From contig OZ219815.1 in NCBI GenBank assembly GCA_964291235.2, forward strand, positions 1,152,001 through 1,216,000: a stretch of 64,000 bases of DNA. Reading direction: 5' to 3'. This document shows, piece after piece, positions 9,671 to 18,724 of the stretch. The DNA is from Vicinamibacteria bacterium (GTDB lineage Bacteria; Acidobacteriota; Vicinamibacteria; Marinacidobacterales; Marinacidobacteraceae). The position numbers and the translations under genes were made by a program. Positions within the stretch are counted from its first letter, which is position 1. The number at the start of each line of letters is the position of its first letter. A model generated the notes under the pieces. The model saw nothing but the letters and a program-made list of their open reading frames with translations. It made no database searches and had not been told where the DNA came from.

Positions 9671-10002
9671 CCGGATCCTCCGGCCATCTCGTGCACCTCG
9701 ATCTCGCAATCCGGCGACCAGGTGAGGTGGGGATGGTCGGCGACGAGAGCTTCGGCCGCCTCCATGTTTTCTGCCCGCACGATCGAGTAGCAGACGACGT
9801 TTCGGGAGCTCGGAGAGTTCCCTGCCGCGGTCAGACGGCGGCCTCCGGAGAGCTGCGTCCCCATGTCCACGAGCTGGTCCCCGCACCGGGCGAACCACGC
9901 CATCCAGGCTTGCATGCCCGCCTGCATTGCCGCCGGGTCGGCGTCTTTCGCCATTTCCATGAAGGACATGGGCATGTGGTAGAGCAACAGATACTTTTTC
10001 AC
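9667..10002 (-). CDS. YciI family protein
   Basis: MKKYLLLY, AWMAWF..CGDQLVDMG, YSIVRAENMEAAEALVADHPHL..IEVHE pattern. Confidence 0.8.
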   Translation of the reverse strand: MKKYLLLYHMPMSFMEMAKDADPAAMQAGMQAWMAWFARCGDQLVDMGTQLSGGRRLTAAGNSPSSRNVVCYSIVRAENMEAAEALVADHPHLTWSPDCEIEVHEMAGGSG

Positions 10003-10089
10003 TTGGGTCCCTCGATTCGCTCGGTTCGGCCGGAAGTGCCGGGACGATAGGCGGGAGTGGCGGGCGCGTCAACGGGCGGCGCGGCGCGA

Positions 10090-12276
10090 TCAGAACGCCT
10101 TCAGCCAGGTGAGCTTGGCGACTGCGGTGCGCCGGGTCCAGGGATCGAACTGGGGATCGAGCCGCGGGTCGAGGGTGTCGTCGGTGATGTACCCGGTGTC
10201 GAGGACGAGGAAGAGGTCGCTTCCGGGCGTGTGGATCCAGTCGATCCGGATGTTCGCCTGGAGTTCCCTGGAGAGGCTGTCCCACTGCACCAGGGCGGCG
10301 GCGAAGAGCTTGCGGCTGACGGCGCCCACGAGGTCCACCGCGATCAGCGTGGTGGTGAAGTCGCCGTCCGGGACAGGCAGGGAAACCTGGTTGCGGCCCA
10401 GCCGGACGCCGACCGTGAGGTGCGGCCCGGTCTTGACGACCCCGCGACCGCCGTAGCGGGTGCGGCGACCGCTCCAGAAGCCCCCGCGGGACCCCTCGAG
10501 CGAAACCGAGAACATCCGGCTCTCGTTGGTGCTCGCGAAGCCTTCCCAGAAACGGAAGTCGTAGTCCCCGGGAGGGAGGATGCGTCCGCTGATGGAGGCC
10601 GGGCCGTGGAGGCGTTCGAAACGGTCGTCCACCACGAGGGAGACCCGTTCGCCCGACTCGAACAGGAAGTCCGCATTCGAGGAGAGCCGTTCCGACTGAA
10701 GTTCTCCGCCGGTCCCCCGGGTGCGGACCCCGCCTCCCCACACGGAAAACCGCCGGGCCCACCCGCTGGATTCGAATCGGGGCCGGAACCCGCCCCACAG
10801 CTGCCACTCGTCCATATCGCGGCGGCGGACGAAACCGAGCGCCGGGTCGAAGTCCTTGCCGACGTGGACGCGGTCCAGGGAAAGGGCGTAGCGGTCGTTC
10901 TCCAGATCCAGTTCGGCGCGCGCCGCCTGCTGTCCGGGGCCGGAGCCGCCCGCCCGGGAATCCCACAGGCGCGCCCCCCACACCCGGAACGCCGAACTGG
11001 TCCAGAACCGCGTGTGGAAGTCGGCGCCGGCCGCGCGGTTGGAGCTTCCGCCGGCGCGGTCGAGGCTCGTGGCGATCACCCCGGCGGTCGTGCGTTCGGA
11101 GAGATTCGCCTGCAGGCGGAGAACCGAGTTCCAGGCGGCCGGAGCTTGGCCGTCCCCGGCCGCGGCGCCCGGCGGCGTTCCTCCGGTCCGGAGCGCGAGC
11201 GCCCCGACGGAGATCGGCCCCGCCTGCCCGGTAAGCCGCGCGCCGCCCTGGATGTCGCCGTCGAGACCCACCCGGCGGCTGAAGAAGACCTCCGTCTCCC
11301 GGGTCGTTCCGAACTCGAAGAGTCCCGCCCGTTCGAGGAAGAACTCCCGTTTCTCGGGGAAGAAGAGATCGAACCGGGTGAGGTTGATCTGGACGTTGTC
11401 CGCCTCGACCTGGGCGAAGTCCGTGTTCCAGGTGAGATCGAGGGTGAGGTTCGAGGTGACCCCGTACTTGAGATCGAGCCCCGCCTTCGACTGGCGCTCG
11501 ACATCGGGCTCGCCTGCGAGTTGCTGGCCGCCGAGGGAGGCGTAGGGTTTCACCTCGAGGCGGTGGCCCCGGCGGACGTCCTTCAGGCCGGTGAGGGTCG
11601 CGTATTGGGAAGCCTGCGCGATGCCTCCCACAAAATCCTGGCCGATGTGGGGCCAGAAAACGTTCTCGTTCTTCCGGCGGATGGAGCGTTGGATGGCGAT
11701 CCCCATGACCGGCTCGTCGACGTCGGCGAAGCGGATCGTGGTGAACGGGATCGCCATCTCGAGCACCCAGCCCTCGGCGTTCACGGTGGTCGCGGTGGTG
11801 AAGACGCCGTCCCAGTTCCAGTCGGGGCGTTCGAGGCGTTCGTCGGTGAACAGTGCGTCGTCCTGGGTGCCGAGCGCGCCCACTTCGAAGATGTAGCCGT
11901 TCCGGCGGTCGAGGTAGGTGTCGAGCGCGACGACCACCCGGTCGTCCTTGCTGATCCGGCCGCCGCGGTCGAGGATGGCCCGGTTGATCCGGTGGGGCTC
12001 GGAATCGAAGAACGTGAACCCGAAGTACAGCGAGTCCCGGTCGTAGGCGATCCGCACCTCGGTGCGCTCGCTGGGCGGCGCGCCGTCCACCGGATCGCGC
12101 TGTTTGAAACCCGTAACCGGCGGGATTCCGGCCCAGAACGCCTCGTCGAGCACCCCGTCAATCCGGGGAGGGGTCTCGATGCGGACCGCCCGCGCTTCGG
12201 GGCCCTGGGCGGAGGCCGCGGATCCGAGGCAGAGGGCGTTCAGGAGCAGGGCGGCCAGGACGATGAGCTTCTTCAC
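10090..12276 (-). CDS. CBM9-like + DUF5916 outer-membrane protein, copy 2
   Basis: Signal peptide MKKLIVLAALLLNALCLGSAASA and the same motifs as copy 1. Confidence 0.88.
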   Translation of the reverse strand: MKKLIVLAALLLNALCLGSAASAQGPEARAVRIETPPRIDGVLDEAFWAGIPPVTGFKQRDPVDGAPPSERTEVRIAYDRDSLYFGFTFFDSEPHRINRAILDRGGRISKDDRVVVALDTYLDRRNGYIFEVGALGTQDDALFTDERLERPDWNWDGVFTTATTVNAEGWVLEMAIPFTTIRFADVDEPVMGIAIQRSIRRKNENVFWPHIGQDFVGGIAQASQYATLTGLKDVRRGHRLEVKPYASLGGQQLAGEPDVERQSKAGLDLKYGVTSNLTLDLTWNTDFAQVEADNVQINLTRFDLFFPEKREFFLERAGLFEFGTTRETEVFFSRRVGLDGDIQGGARLTGQAGPISVGALALRTGGTPPGAAAGDGQAPAAWNSVLRLQANLSERTTAGVIATSLDRAGGSSNRAAGADFHTRFWTSSAFRVWGARLWDSRAGGSGPGQQAARAELDLENDRYALSLDRVHVGKDFDPALGFVRRRDMDEWQLWGGFRPRFESSGWARRFSVWGGGVRTRGTGGELQSERLSSNADFLFESGERVSLVVDDRFERLHGPASISGRILPPGDYDFRFWEGFASTNESRMFSVSLEGSRGGFWSGRRTRYGGRGVVKTGPHLTVGVRLGRNQVSLPVPDGDFTTTLIAVDLVGAVSRKLFAAALVQWDSLSRELQANIRIDWIHTPGSDLFLVLDTGYITDDTLDPRLDPQFDPWTRRTAVAKLTWLKAF

Positions 12277-12351
12277 TGCGTTTTCGAGTCGGATCGGTTC
12301 GGAAGACGCCGGATATTCTCCGGCCCGGAGTCTTTCCCCACGGAGCCCGCC

Positions 12352-13035
12352 ATGTCGAAGACCACTACCTTCGTTTTCCTCCTCTTCGCCGCGCTGACTG
12401 CCGGGTGCGGGGGGAACGCCCCCGAGGAAGCCGCCGACGCGCCGGCTGCGGAGCCCGCCGCCGAGGAAACGGTGGGCATCGTCATCGAGACGGCGCTCGG
12501 CGAGATCGAGGTGGAGCTCTATCCCGAGCGGGCGCCGCTATCGGTCGCCCAGTTCCTCCGCTACGTGGACGGCGGTCACTACGACGGCAAGTCCGCCTTC
12601 TACCGCGCCACCCACACCGCCGCCGGGGACGCGCACGACGTGGTGCAGGGCGGCATGCGGAGCCTGCCGATGCTGGTGCGCGACGGCGGGGAGGCGGAGG
12701 AGGAGCCGCCGTTCCCGCCGATCCCCCACGAGATCACCCTCGACACCGGGATCCGGAACGAGCGGGGGACCCTCGCCTACGCCCGCGGCGCGCCCGGTAC
12801 CGCGAACACGGAGTTCTTCTTCAACGTCGGGGACAACTTTGTGCTGGACACCGATTCCGGCGATCCGACCCGGGACGGCTTCGGCTACGCCACCTTCGGA
12901 CGGGTGGTCGGGGGCATGGAGGTGCTCGACGAGATCCACCGCTTGCCGACGGACGCCCCCGCGGCCAGCGAGATCGTCCAGGGACAGATCCTGAACGAGC
13001 CGGTGCCGATCGTCAGCGCGCGCCGGGCGCAGTAG
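12352..13035 (+). CDS. Cyclophilin-type peptidyl-prolyl isomerase lipoprotein
   Basis: LTAGC lipobox; IETALGEIEVELYPERAPLSVAQFLRYV, FYRA, VVQGG, RGTLAYAR, EFFFNV, YATFGRVVGGMEV. Confidence 0.9.
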   Translation: MSKTTTFVFLLFAALTAGCGGNAPEEAADAPAAEPAAEETVGIVIETALGEIEVELYPERAPLSVAQFLRYVDGGHYDGKSAFYRATHTAAGDAHDVVQGGMRSLPMLVRDGGEAEEEPPFPPIPHEITLDTGIRNERGTLAYARGAPGTANTEFFFNVGDNFVLDTDSGDPTRDGFGYATFGRVVGGMEVLDEIHRLPTDAPAASEIVQGQILNEPVPIVSARRAQ

Positions 13036-13549
13036 GGAGGGGTCCCTCCAGCAGGCGCCGCACCCGCGCCGCCCGCGCCGCGTCCGGATCGGGCGCCACC
13101 GCGGTCCGCTCGAGTTCCCGGACGTAAGGGGGCGGCAACCCGTGTTCTCTGGCTCCCGCCACCACCAGGTCCCGGTACCAATCGAAGGGAAGACAGGCCG
13201 GATCGAGGTAGCGGTCACCGGCGATGTAGGTCATGGCTTCGGCGGCGCCGCCATCGGGGAGCCGCAGCCGCAGTGGATGCCGCGCGTAACCGCCCAGATG
13301 CACGCCCTCCTCCCGGTCCAGCCCGGCAAGGTCGGTAGCCGCAAACTCGTAGAGGACCCCGTACACCACGTCCGCATCGTCCCCGGTCGCGATGAGCGTG
13401 CACTTGCCGGAGCCGTCCGTCCCGATCTTGTGGAAACGCATGACAAAGCCGGACACCATCGCGATCCCGCGCGCGACGGCGGAGGGCGCGCGTGCCGGGT
13501 CCGTCAGGCGCCGGGTCAGCAGGTTCGACCCGTACGCGAAGTACCGCAT
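13013..13549 (-). CDS. Gamma-glutamylcyclotransferase (AIG2/GGCT-like)
   Basis: MRYFAYGSNL, VYGVLYE, LDREEG, YRDLVVAGAREHGLP. Confidence 0.88.
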   Translation of the reverse strand: MRYFAYGSNLLTRRLTDPARAPSAVARGIAMVSGFVMRFHKIGTDGSGKCTLIATGDDADVVYGVLYEFAATDLAGLDREEGVHLGGYARHPLRLRLPDGGAAEAMTYIAGDRYLDPACLPFDWYRDLVVAGAREHGLPPPYVRELERTAVAPDPDAARAARVRRLLEGPLPTAPGAR

Positions 13550-13570
13550 GGGTCCCTCAGCAATCCGCTA

Positions 13571-13595
13571 GAATGCATGCAATGACAGCGCATTC
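13571..13595. promoter_or_regulatory. Inverted-repeat operator upstream of the FitA/VapC TA operon
   Basis: GAATGC-N13-GCATTC immediately before the GGAGG RBS of the antitoxin. Confidence 0.5.
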
Positions 13596-13610
13596 ATTGG
13601 AGGTATTACG

Positions 13611-13847
13611 ATGGCTCAGCTGACGGTTCGTCGCGTGACGGACCAGATCGTACGGGAGTTGAAACTGCGGGCCGCGGCCAACGGCCGGTCCGCCGAGGCG
13701 GAGCACCGCGAAATCCTCCGCCGCACGCTGCTGCGTGGATCGGAGGATTTCGCGGCACGCGCCGCGAAGCTGCGCGAACGGCTGGTTTCGACGGTGGACA
13801 GCACGGACATCATCCGAGCCGACCGGGATCGCGACTTCCCTGGATGA
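13611..13847 (+). CDS. FitA-like ribbon-helix-helix antitoxin
   Basis: MAQLTVRRV...LKLRAAANGRSAEAEHREIL; ATGA overlap with the PIN gene. Confidence 0.9.
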   Translation: MAQLTVRRVTDQIVRELKLRAAANGRSAEAEHREILRRTLLRGSEDFAARAAKLRERLVSTVDSTDIIRADRDRDFPG

Positions 13848-14272
13848 CCCGCTACGTCGTCGACGCCAGCGTCGCCGTCAAATGGCTGGTTCGAGAACCA
13901 CTGTCCCACGAGGCGTCGCGTCTGCTGGCGGGCGACATTTCCCTTATGGCTCCGGACCTGCTGTTCGCCGAGGCGGCCAACGCGCTCTGGGCCATGCGGC
14001 AGCGCGGAGAGTTGACGGACGCCCAGTTCGAGGAAGCCGTCGAGACGTTGCAGGGGGCTCCCGTCCTGGTCCCGAGCACGCTGCTCCAACTCACGGCGGC
14101 GGCCTCCCGTCTCGCCGCCGATCTGGGCCACCCGATCTACGACTGCTTCTACCTCGCGCTCGCGATTCAGGAGAAGGCCCCGCTCGTCACCGCGGATACG
14201 CGCTTTTGGGACCGTGTCGGGAGCCACCCCTATCTGTCGGACGCGATCACCCGCCTCGCTGACCTGGGGTGA
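13844..14272 (+). CDS. vapC: VapC-family PIN-domain toxin
   Basis: YVVDASVAVKW, E(A)ANALW, IYDCFYLALA, LVTAD acidic PIN motifs. Confidence 0.92.
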   Translation: MTRYVVDASVAVKWLVREPLSHEASRLLAGDISLMAPDLLFAEAANALWAMRQRGELTDAQFEEAVETLQGAPVLVPSTLLQLTAAASRLAADLGHPIYDCFYLALAIQEKAPLVTADTRFWDRVGSHPYLSDAITRLADLG

Positions 14273-14303
14273 GCTGGGCGGGTGGTCGCGGTCTCGGGGT
14301 TTC

Positions 14304-15866
14304 CTACGCCGGGCCGTCCGCCCGGACCCCGTGCTGGGTGTCTGTCGCCACCCGAATCCCTGCGGCCCAGCGCTGTACGTCCGTCTTCTCCTCCACCGTC
14401 GGCACGAAGTACCAGTCGTTCTGGACGCGGTCCGGTTTGAGGTCGAGGACGCAGTAGCCGCGGTGGAAGGCCTCCCCGAACTTCTTGTGCGGGTTGGCGG
14501 CGAGTTCCGCGGCCACCTCGGCGGCGACGGCCTCTTCGTTCCCCAGCCGGCGCAGCTTCGAGCTCGGTGAGGACACCGCGGTGACCACGAAGTCCACGCC
14601 GTAGGAACCCGCGCCCGTATCCCGGTCGTAGCCGGCGAGGGGGTTTCGCGGCACGTCCATTCCCCAGGACTGGTGCACGTCGCCGGTGAGCACCACCAGG
14701 TTGCCGATCCGTTCGCGTTCGAGGAAATCGAAGAGCCGGTTCCGGCTCGCCCCGTAGCCGTCCCACTGATCCGGGTTCTGGGGATTGCCGTCGGCGTCGA
14801 GCATCGGCCCCATCATCACCTGCTGTCCGAGCACCGGCCACCGCACTCCCGCCGCCTTGGCCGCGGCGAGTTCGCCGTAGAGCCACCGCTCCTGCCGTTC
14901 GCCGAGCAGCGTCCGGTCGGGATGCGCCATCCCCTCCGCGTCGCCCCACTCGGCCTGCCGGGAGCGTCCGATGAGCCGGGTATCCAGCATGATGAGGTCG
15001 AGCAGCTTTCCGAAGCGGAAGGTCCGGTAGGTGCGCTGGCTGGGCCACGGCTCGGGCTCGCGGATCGGCATCCACTCGAAGTAGGCCTTCACGGCCGCCG
15101 TGCGGCGCACGAACCAGTCGCCCTCTTCTTCCTCGATCTGGTGGTTCTGTGCCCCGTCGGTGTAGGCGTTGTTGGTGATCTCGTGGTCGTCCCAGACGCA
15201 CACGAAGGGATGCAGGCGATGCACCTCCTGGAGGTCGGGATCGGCCTTGTACTGCGCGTGCCGGGTCCGGTAGTCGGAGAGCGTGGTGATCTCCTTGTTC
15301 GGCTGGGGTGCCCGGCCGAACCGGGTGCCGTCGCCGTAACCGCGGTTCGGATACTCGTAGAGGTAGTCCCCGAGGTGGAGGACGGCGTCGAGGTCGTCCC
15401 GCTCCGCGATCCGCCGGTACACGTTGAAGTAGCCGAAGGGCAGGTTGGAGCAGGAGACGAAGGCGAGCCGGACGTGATCGGTGTCGCGGGGCAGGGTCTT
15501 CGTGCGGCCGACCGGCGACTGCTCGCCAAGCGCCTCGAACCGGTAGTGGTACGTCATTCCCGGTTTCAATCCGGGAGCGGTGGCCTTGAAGGTGTAGTCC
15601 CGTTCGGGTCCGGTCGCCCCTTCGCCCTCCGAGACGACGTCCTGCATGCCGGGATCGTGAGCGACCTGCCAGCGGACGGGCACCCGGTCGTCCGAGGACC
15701 CCGAGACCCTGGTCCAGAGCAGCACCCGGTCGGTGAGCGGATCCCCGCTCGCCACCCCGTGGGCGAAGACCTGTTCCTGGGCGAGAACGGGGAGCGCCCG
15801 GGCGAAGGGCAGGACGAGCCCCGCGCGGGCGGAGGTTCCGAGAAACAGCCGGCGGTTCATGGTCAT
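14304..15866 (-). CDS. phoD: Alkaline phosphatase D (Tat-exported)
   Basis: NRRLFL Tat motif, FAHGVASGDP, HLGDYLYEY, WDDHE, LDTR, DQWDGY, LTGDVH. Confidence 0.93.
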   Translation of the reverse strand: MTMNRRLFLGTSARAGLVLPFARALPVLAQEQVFAHGVASGDPLTDRVLLWTRVSGSSDDRVPVRWQVAHDPGMQDVVSEGEGATGPERDYTFKATAPGLKPGMTYHYRFEALGEQSPVGRTKTLPRDTDHVRLAFVSCSNLPFGYFNVYRRIAERDDLDAVLHLGDYLYEYPNRGYGDGTRFGRAPQPNKEITTLSDYRTRHAQYKADPDLQEVHRLHPFVCVWDDHEITNNAYTDGAQNHQIEEEEGDWFVRRTAAVKAYFEWMPIREPEPWPSQRTYRTFRFGKLLDLIMLDTRLIGRSRQAEWGDAEGMAHPDRTLLGERQERWLYGELAAAKAAGVRWPVLGQQVMMGPMLDADGNPQNPDQWDGYGASRNRLFDFLERERIGNLVVLTGDVHQSWGMDVPRNPLAGYDRDTGAGSYGVDFVVTAVSSPSSKLRRLGNEEAVAAEVAAELAANPHKKFGEAFHRGYCVLDLKPDRVQNDWYFVPTVEEKTDVQRWAAGIRVATDTQHGVRADGPA

Positions 15867-15971
15867 GGCGGCGAGTGTACGGACCGTCCGCGACGTTTGC
15901 TCGGAGGCCGAATATCCAGGGGGAGGCTCCGGGCGCTCGCGTTACCACGAGTGCCCCAGGAGCGCCGGCCA

Positions 15972-16191
15972 GGAGCGCCGGCCTCTGGCCGGCATCGCTC
16001 CGCGCAGCGGAGCGAAACTCCCATCGTCAATCGTCCCGGATGGCGCGGTAGCTCAGCAGTGTGGCGCTGCGCGACTCCCCGGCTTGTACGGGGATGCGTG
16101 GTTCTCGTTCGGGTTGGCGCTGTCGAGGCTGATCAAGTCGGGGAGTTTCGCCTCGCTTCGCGCGGCGATGCCGGCCGGAGGCCGGCGCTCC
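15972..16191. repeat. REP/REPIN-like element, family A
   Basis: GGAGCGCCGGCCTCTGGCCGGCATCGC...GCGAAACTCCC with its inverted copy GGGAGTTTCGC...GCGATGCCGGCCGGAGGCCGGCGCTCC. The same arms recur at 39747-40080. Confidence 0.8.
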
Positions 16192-16193
16192 TA

Positions 16194-18656
16194 CTACCGC
16201 CGGCCGATCTCCTGGGTCGTCTCCATCCGCGGCGCCGCGTGCTTCACGTGGCGCTCGAGCCACTGGTGCTGCTCCCAGAGGGTGTGCATTACCGACTCGC
16301 GGGCCGCGTAGCCGTGGCTCTCGTGGGGGAGCATCACCAGTCGGGCGACGGCTCCATGCCCCTTGAGCGCGTGGTAGAAGCGGCGGCTCTGCACCGGGAA
16401 GGTCCCCGAGTTGTTGTCCACGATCCCGTGGATCAGCAGGATCGGCTCGTTGACCCGGTGCGCGTGCATGAACGGGGACATCCGGAAGTAGATCTCCGGG
16501 GCCTCCCAGAAGGTCCGTGGCTCGCTCTGGAACCCGAACGGGGTCAGGCTGCGGTTGAAGGCGCCGCTCCGGGCGATGCCCGCCCGGAAGATGTCCGAGT
16601 GCGCGAGCAGGTTCGCGGTCATGAACGCGCCGTAGGAATGCCCGGCGATCGCCGTCCGCTCCGGGTCGGCGACCCCGCGGCGGACCGCCTCGTCCACCGC
16701 CGCCTGAGCGCTCCCGACGAGCTGCTCGACGTAACTGTCGTTCGGCTCCTCGTCTCCTTCGCCGATGATCGGGATGGTTGCGTTCTCCATGACCGCGTAT
16801 CCCTGGGTCAGCCAGTAGAGCGCTGAACCCCAACTGACGAAGCTGAAGCGCTGCGGCGAATCGCGCACCTGGGCGGCGGCCGCGGCGCTCTTGTACTCGC
16901 GTGGATAGGCCCAGACGATCAGCGGCAGGCGTCCGTCGGTGGCTGCGTCATAACCCGGCGGGGTGTGCAGCAGCGCATTCAGTTCGACGCCGTCGGCGCG
17001 CTGGTAACGGATGAGTTCGCGTCCCGCGCCCTGAAGACCGGGGTAGGGGTGGGGGAAGTCGGTGATGGCGCGCGCCTCGCCCCCGTTCCCGAGATCGCGA
17101 ACGTAGTAGTTCGGCGGCGTCGTCCGGGTCTCCTTCCGGGTGAGCAGCAGCCCGGTCGCGGGGTCGAGGAGCGCGAGCGGCGTCTCGTAGGAGTCGGCGT
17201 CCGACTGGAACAGCCGGCGGGTCTCGCCGGTCTCGAGATCCCATTCGTCCACGAAGGGGCGGTTGCCCTCCGGGGACGCCCCCTCGGCGGCCAGATATGC
17301 CTTCGAGCCGTCCGCCGAAGTGAGGAGCACCCGCGCGCCCCGTTCGTTCCGGGTGGTCAGCGGCCTTCCCGGTGCGGCATAGCGGTCCTCGTAGGAGGTG
17401 TCGAAGGCGAGCGTGGGCTCGCCGCTGCCGGCGGTCGGGATGCTCCAGACCTGCTCGGCGCGGGTGATCCACCAGCGGGTGATCGCTACCCCGCGGCCGC
17501 CGCCGAAGGTCGCTCCCATCATCCGGAGCGGCACCTGGAGCAGCATTTCGGGATCGCCTTCGAAGGGCGCGGAAAGCTGCACGAGCACGTCCCGGACCGT
17601 AGCTTCGGCGTGCGGATCGCCCCCGTCGCGGGCCTCCACCCAGGCCACGGTGGCGTCGTGGTCGCCGCGCCAGTTGATGGACCGCGGTCCGGTGGGCGCG
17701 GAATCGCGGCCGATCGGGATCTCCTCGTGGAGCGGCAGGTCGGCGATCTCGCGCACCACCGCGCCGCTCCGGTCCCGGACCTCGATTCGGTGCGGGAAGC
17801 GCGAATACGGCACCAGCCAGGAGAACGGCTCGTGGACCGTGCTGACGAGCAGGTAGGTCCCGTCCGGCGAGGGGGCGAAGCGTTCGATGATGCCCGGTCC
17901 GGCGATCTCGGTGGTTTCGCCGGTGAGATCCGCCACCACCGCGCGGGCCGCGCCGTAGTAGCGGAAGAGGGCGTTGTCGTGGGGACTGGTCAGCAGATCC
18001 TGGTAGGTCCGCGCCGGCGCCACCCGTCCGGTGCTCTCCTGGATCACCGGCGTCTCGGGCACTGCCGGGGCCTCCGGCGGCATGCCGCGGTCCGGATCGA
18101 CGATCTTGACGGCGAGGTGGGCGCTGTCGCTGAGCCAGTGGAACGGGGTCCCCCGGAAAATCGCGTTCACTCCGGAGGTGACGCGGGTCGCGGCGCCGCT
18201 CCCGGCGTCCACGGTCCACAGCTCCACGCCGCCGTCGCCGGTATGGGTAAAGGCGAACCGGGAGCCATCCGGCGACCAGCTCAGGTGGTCGCCACGGAGC
18301 GGGTCGGGCAGGCCGGTGATGTCTGCCGCCGCACCGTCGTCAAGGCGCTGCAGGGTGAGTTCCCGGAACATCCGCCGCCGGCTCGCCGCGTTCGCCGCCG
18401 GGTCGATCCGGAGACCGGCGATCCGCAGTTCGGCCCGCGACAGTTCGGCGAGCGGAATCAGGCTCGAGCGGTGCGTCAACACCGCGTGCACCTTGTCCGG
18501 AGATACGGAGAGCCCTGGCGTCGGAGGGGCCTCGGCGATGCGCACGATGTCTTCCGGCGGCATCTGGTAGCCGTCCTGCGCGACGGCGCCGGCGGCAGCC
18601 AAAACGGCCGCGGCAACGGCCGGAACGATCAGCAAACGATGAAACGGAAGCCGCAT
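16194..18656 (-). CDS. S9 family prolyl oligopeptidase / acylaminoacyl peptidase (secreted)
   Basis: Start MRLPFHRLL at 18656, signal peptide, beta-propeller, GHSYGA nucleophile, HGIVDNNSGT, LPHESHGY. Confidence 0.92.
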   Translation of the reverse strand: MRLPFHRLLIVPAVAAAVLAAAGAVAQDGYQMPPEDIVRIAEAPPTPGLSVSPDKVHAVLTHRSSLIPLAELSRAELRIAGLRIDPAANAASRRRMFRELTLQRLDDGAAADITGLPDPLRGDHLSWSPDGSRFAFTHTGDGGVELWTVDAGSGAATRVTSGVNAIFRGTPFHWLSDSAHLAVKIVDPDRGMPPEAPAVPETPVIQESTGRVAPARTYQDLLTSPHDNALFRYYGAARAVVADLTGETTEIAGPGIIERFAPSPDGTYLLVSTVHEPFSWLVPYSRFPHRIEVRDRSGAVVREIADLPLHEEIPIGRDSAPTGPRSINWRGDHDATVAWVEARDGGDPHAEATVRDVLVQLSAPFEGDPEMLLQVPLRMMGATFGGGRGVAITRWWITRAEQVWSIPTAGSGEPTLAFDTSYEDRYAAPGRPLTTRNERGARVLLTSADGSKAYLAAEGASPEGNRPFVDEWDLETGETRRLFQSDADSYETPLALLDPATGLLLTRKETRTTPPNYYVRDLGNGGEARAITDFPHPYPGLQGAGRELIRYQRADGVELNALLHTPPGYDAATDGRLPLIVWAYPREYKSAAAAAQVRDSPQRFSFVSWGSALYWLTQGYAVMENATIPIIGEGDEEPNDSYVEQLVGSAQAAVDEAVRRGVADPERTAIAGHSYGAFMTANLLAHSDIFRAGIARSGAFNRSLTPFGFQSEPRTFWEAPEIYFRMSPFMHAHRVNEPILLIHGIVDNNSGTFPVQSRRFYHALKGHGAVARLVMLPHESHGYAARESVMHTLWEQHQWLERHVKHAAPRMETTQEIGRR

Positions 18657-18724
18657 GACGGTCCCTCCTCCCCGCTCGGGGGAACCTCCCATCTTACGCG
18701 AGACGGGGGTCGGAGGGCTGGTGG

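Noticed and set aside
9671-10981. N-terminal 437-codon extension of ORF 7502..10981, suggesting a 1159-aa protein
   Set aside because: Arg/Pro/Gly-rich off-frame read-through across yciI and the upstream paralogue; the real signal peptide starts near 9670.
10057-12351. Long plus-strand ORF apparently fused to the cyclophilin, plus similar antisense ORFs (23287..26169, 14673..16826, 60313..62460)
   Set aside because: Shadow ORFs caused by high-GC codon bias opposite well-supported genes.
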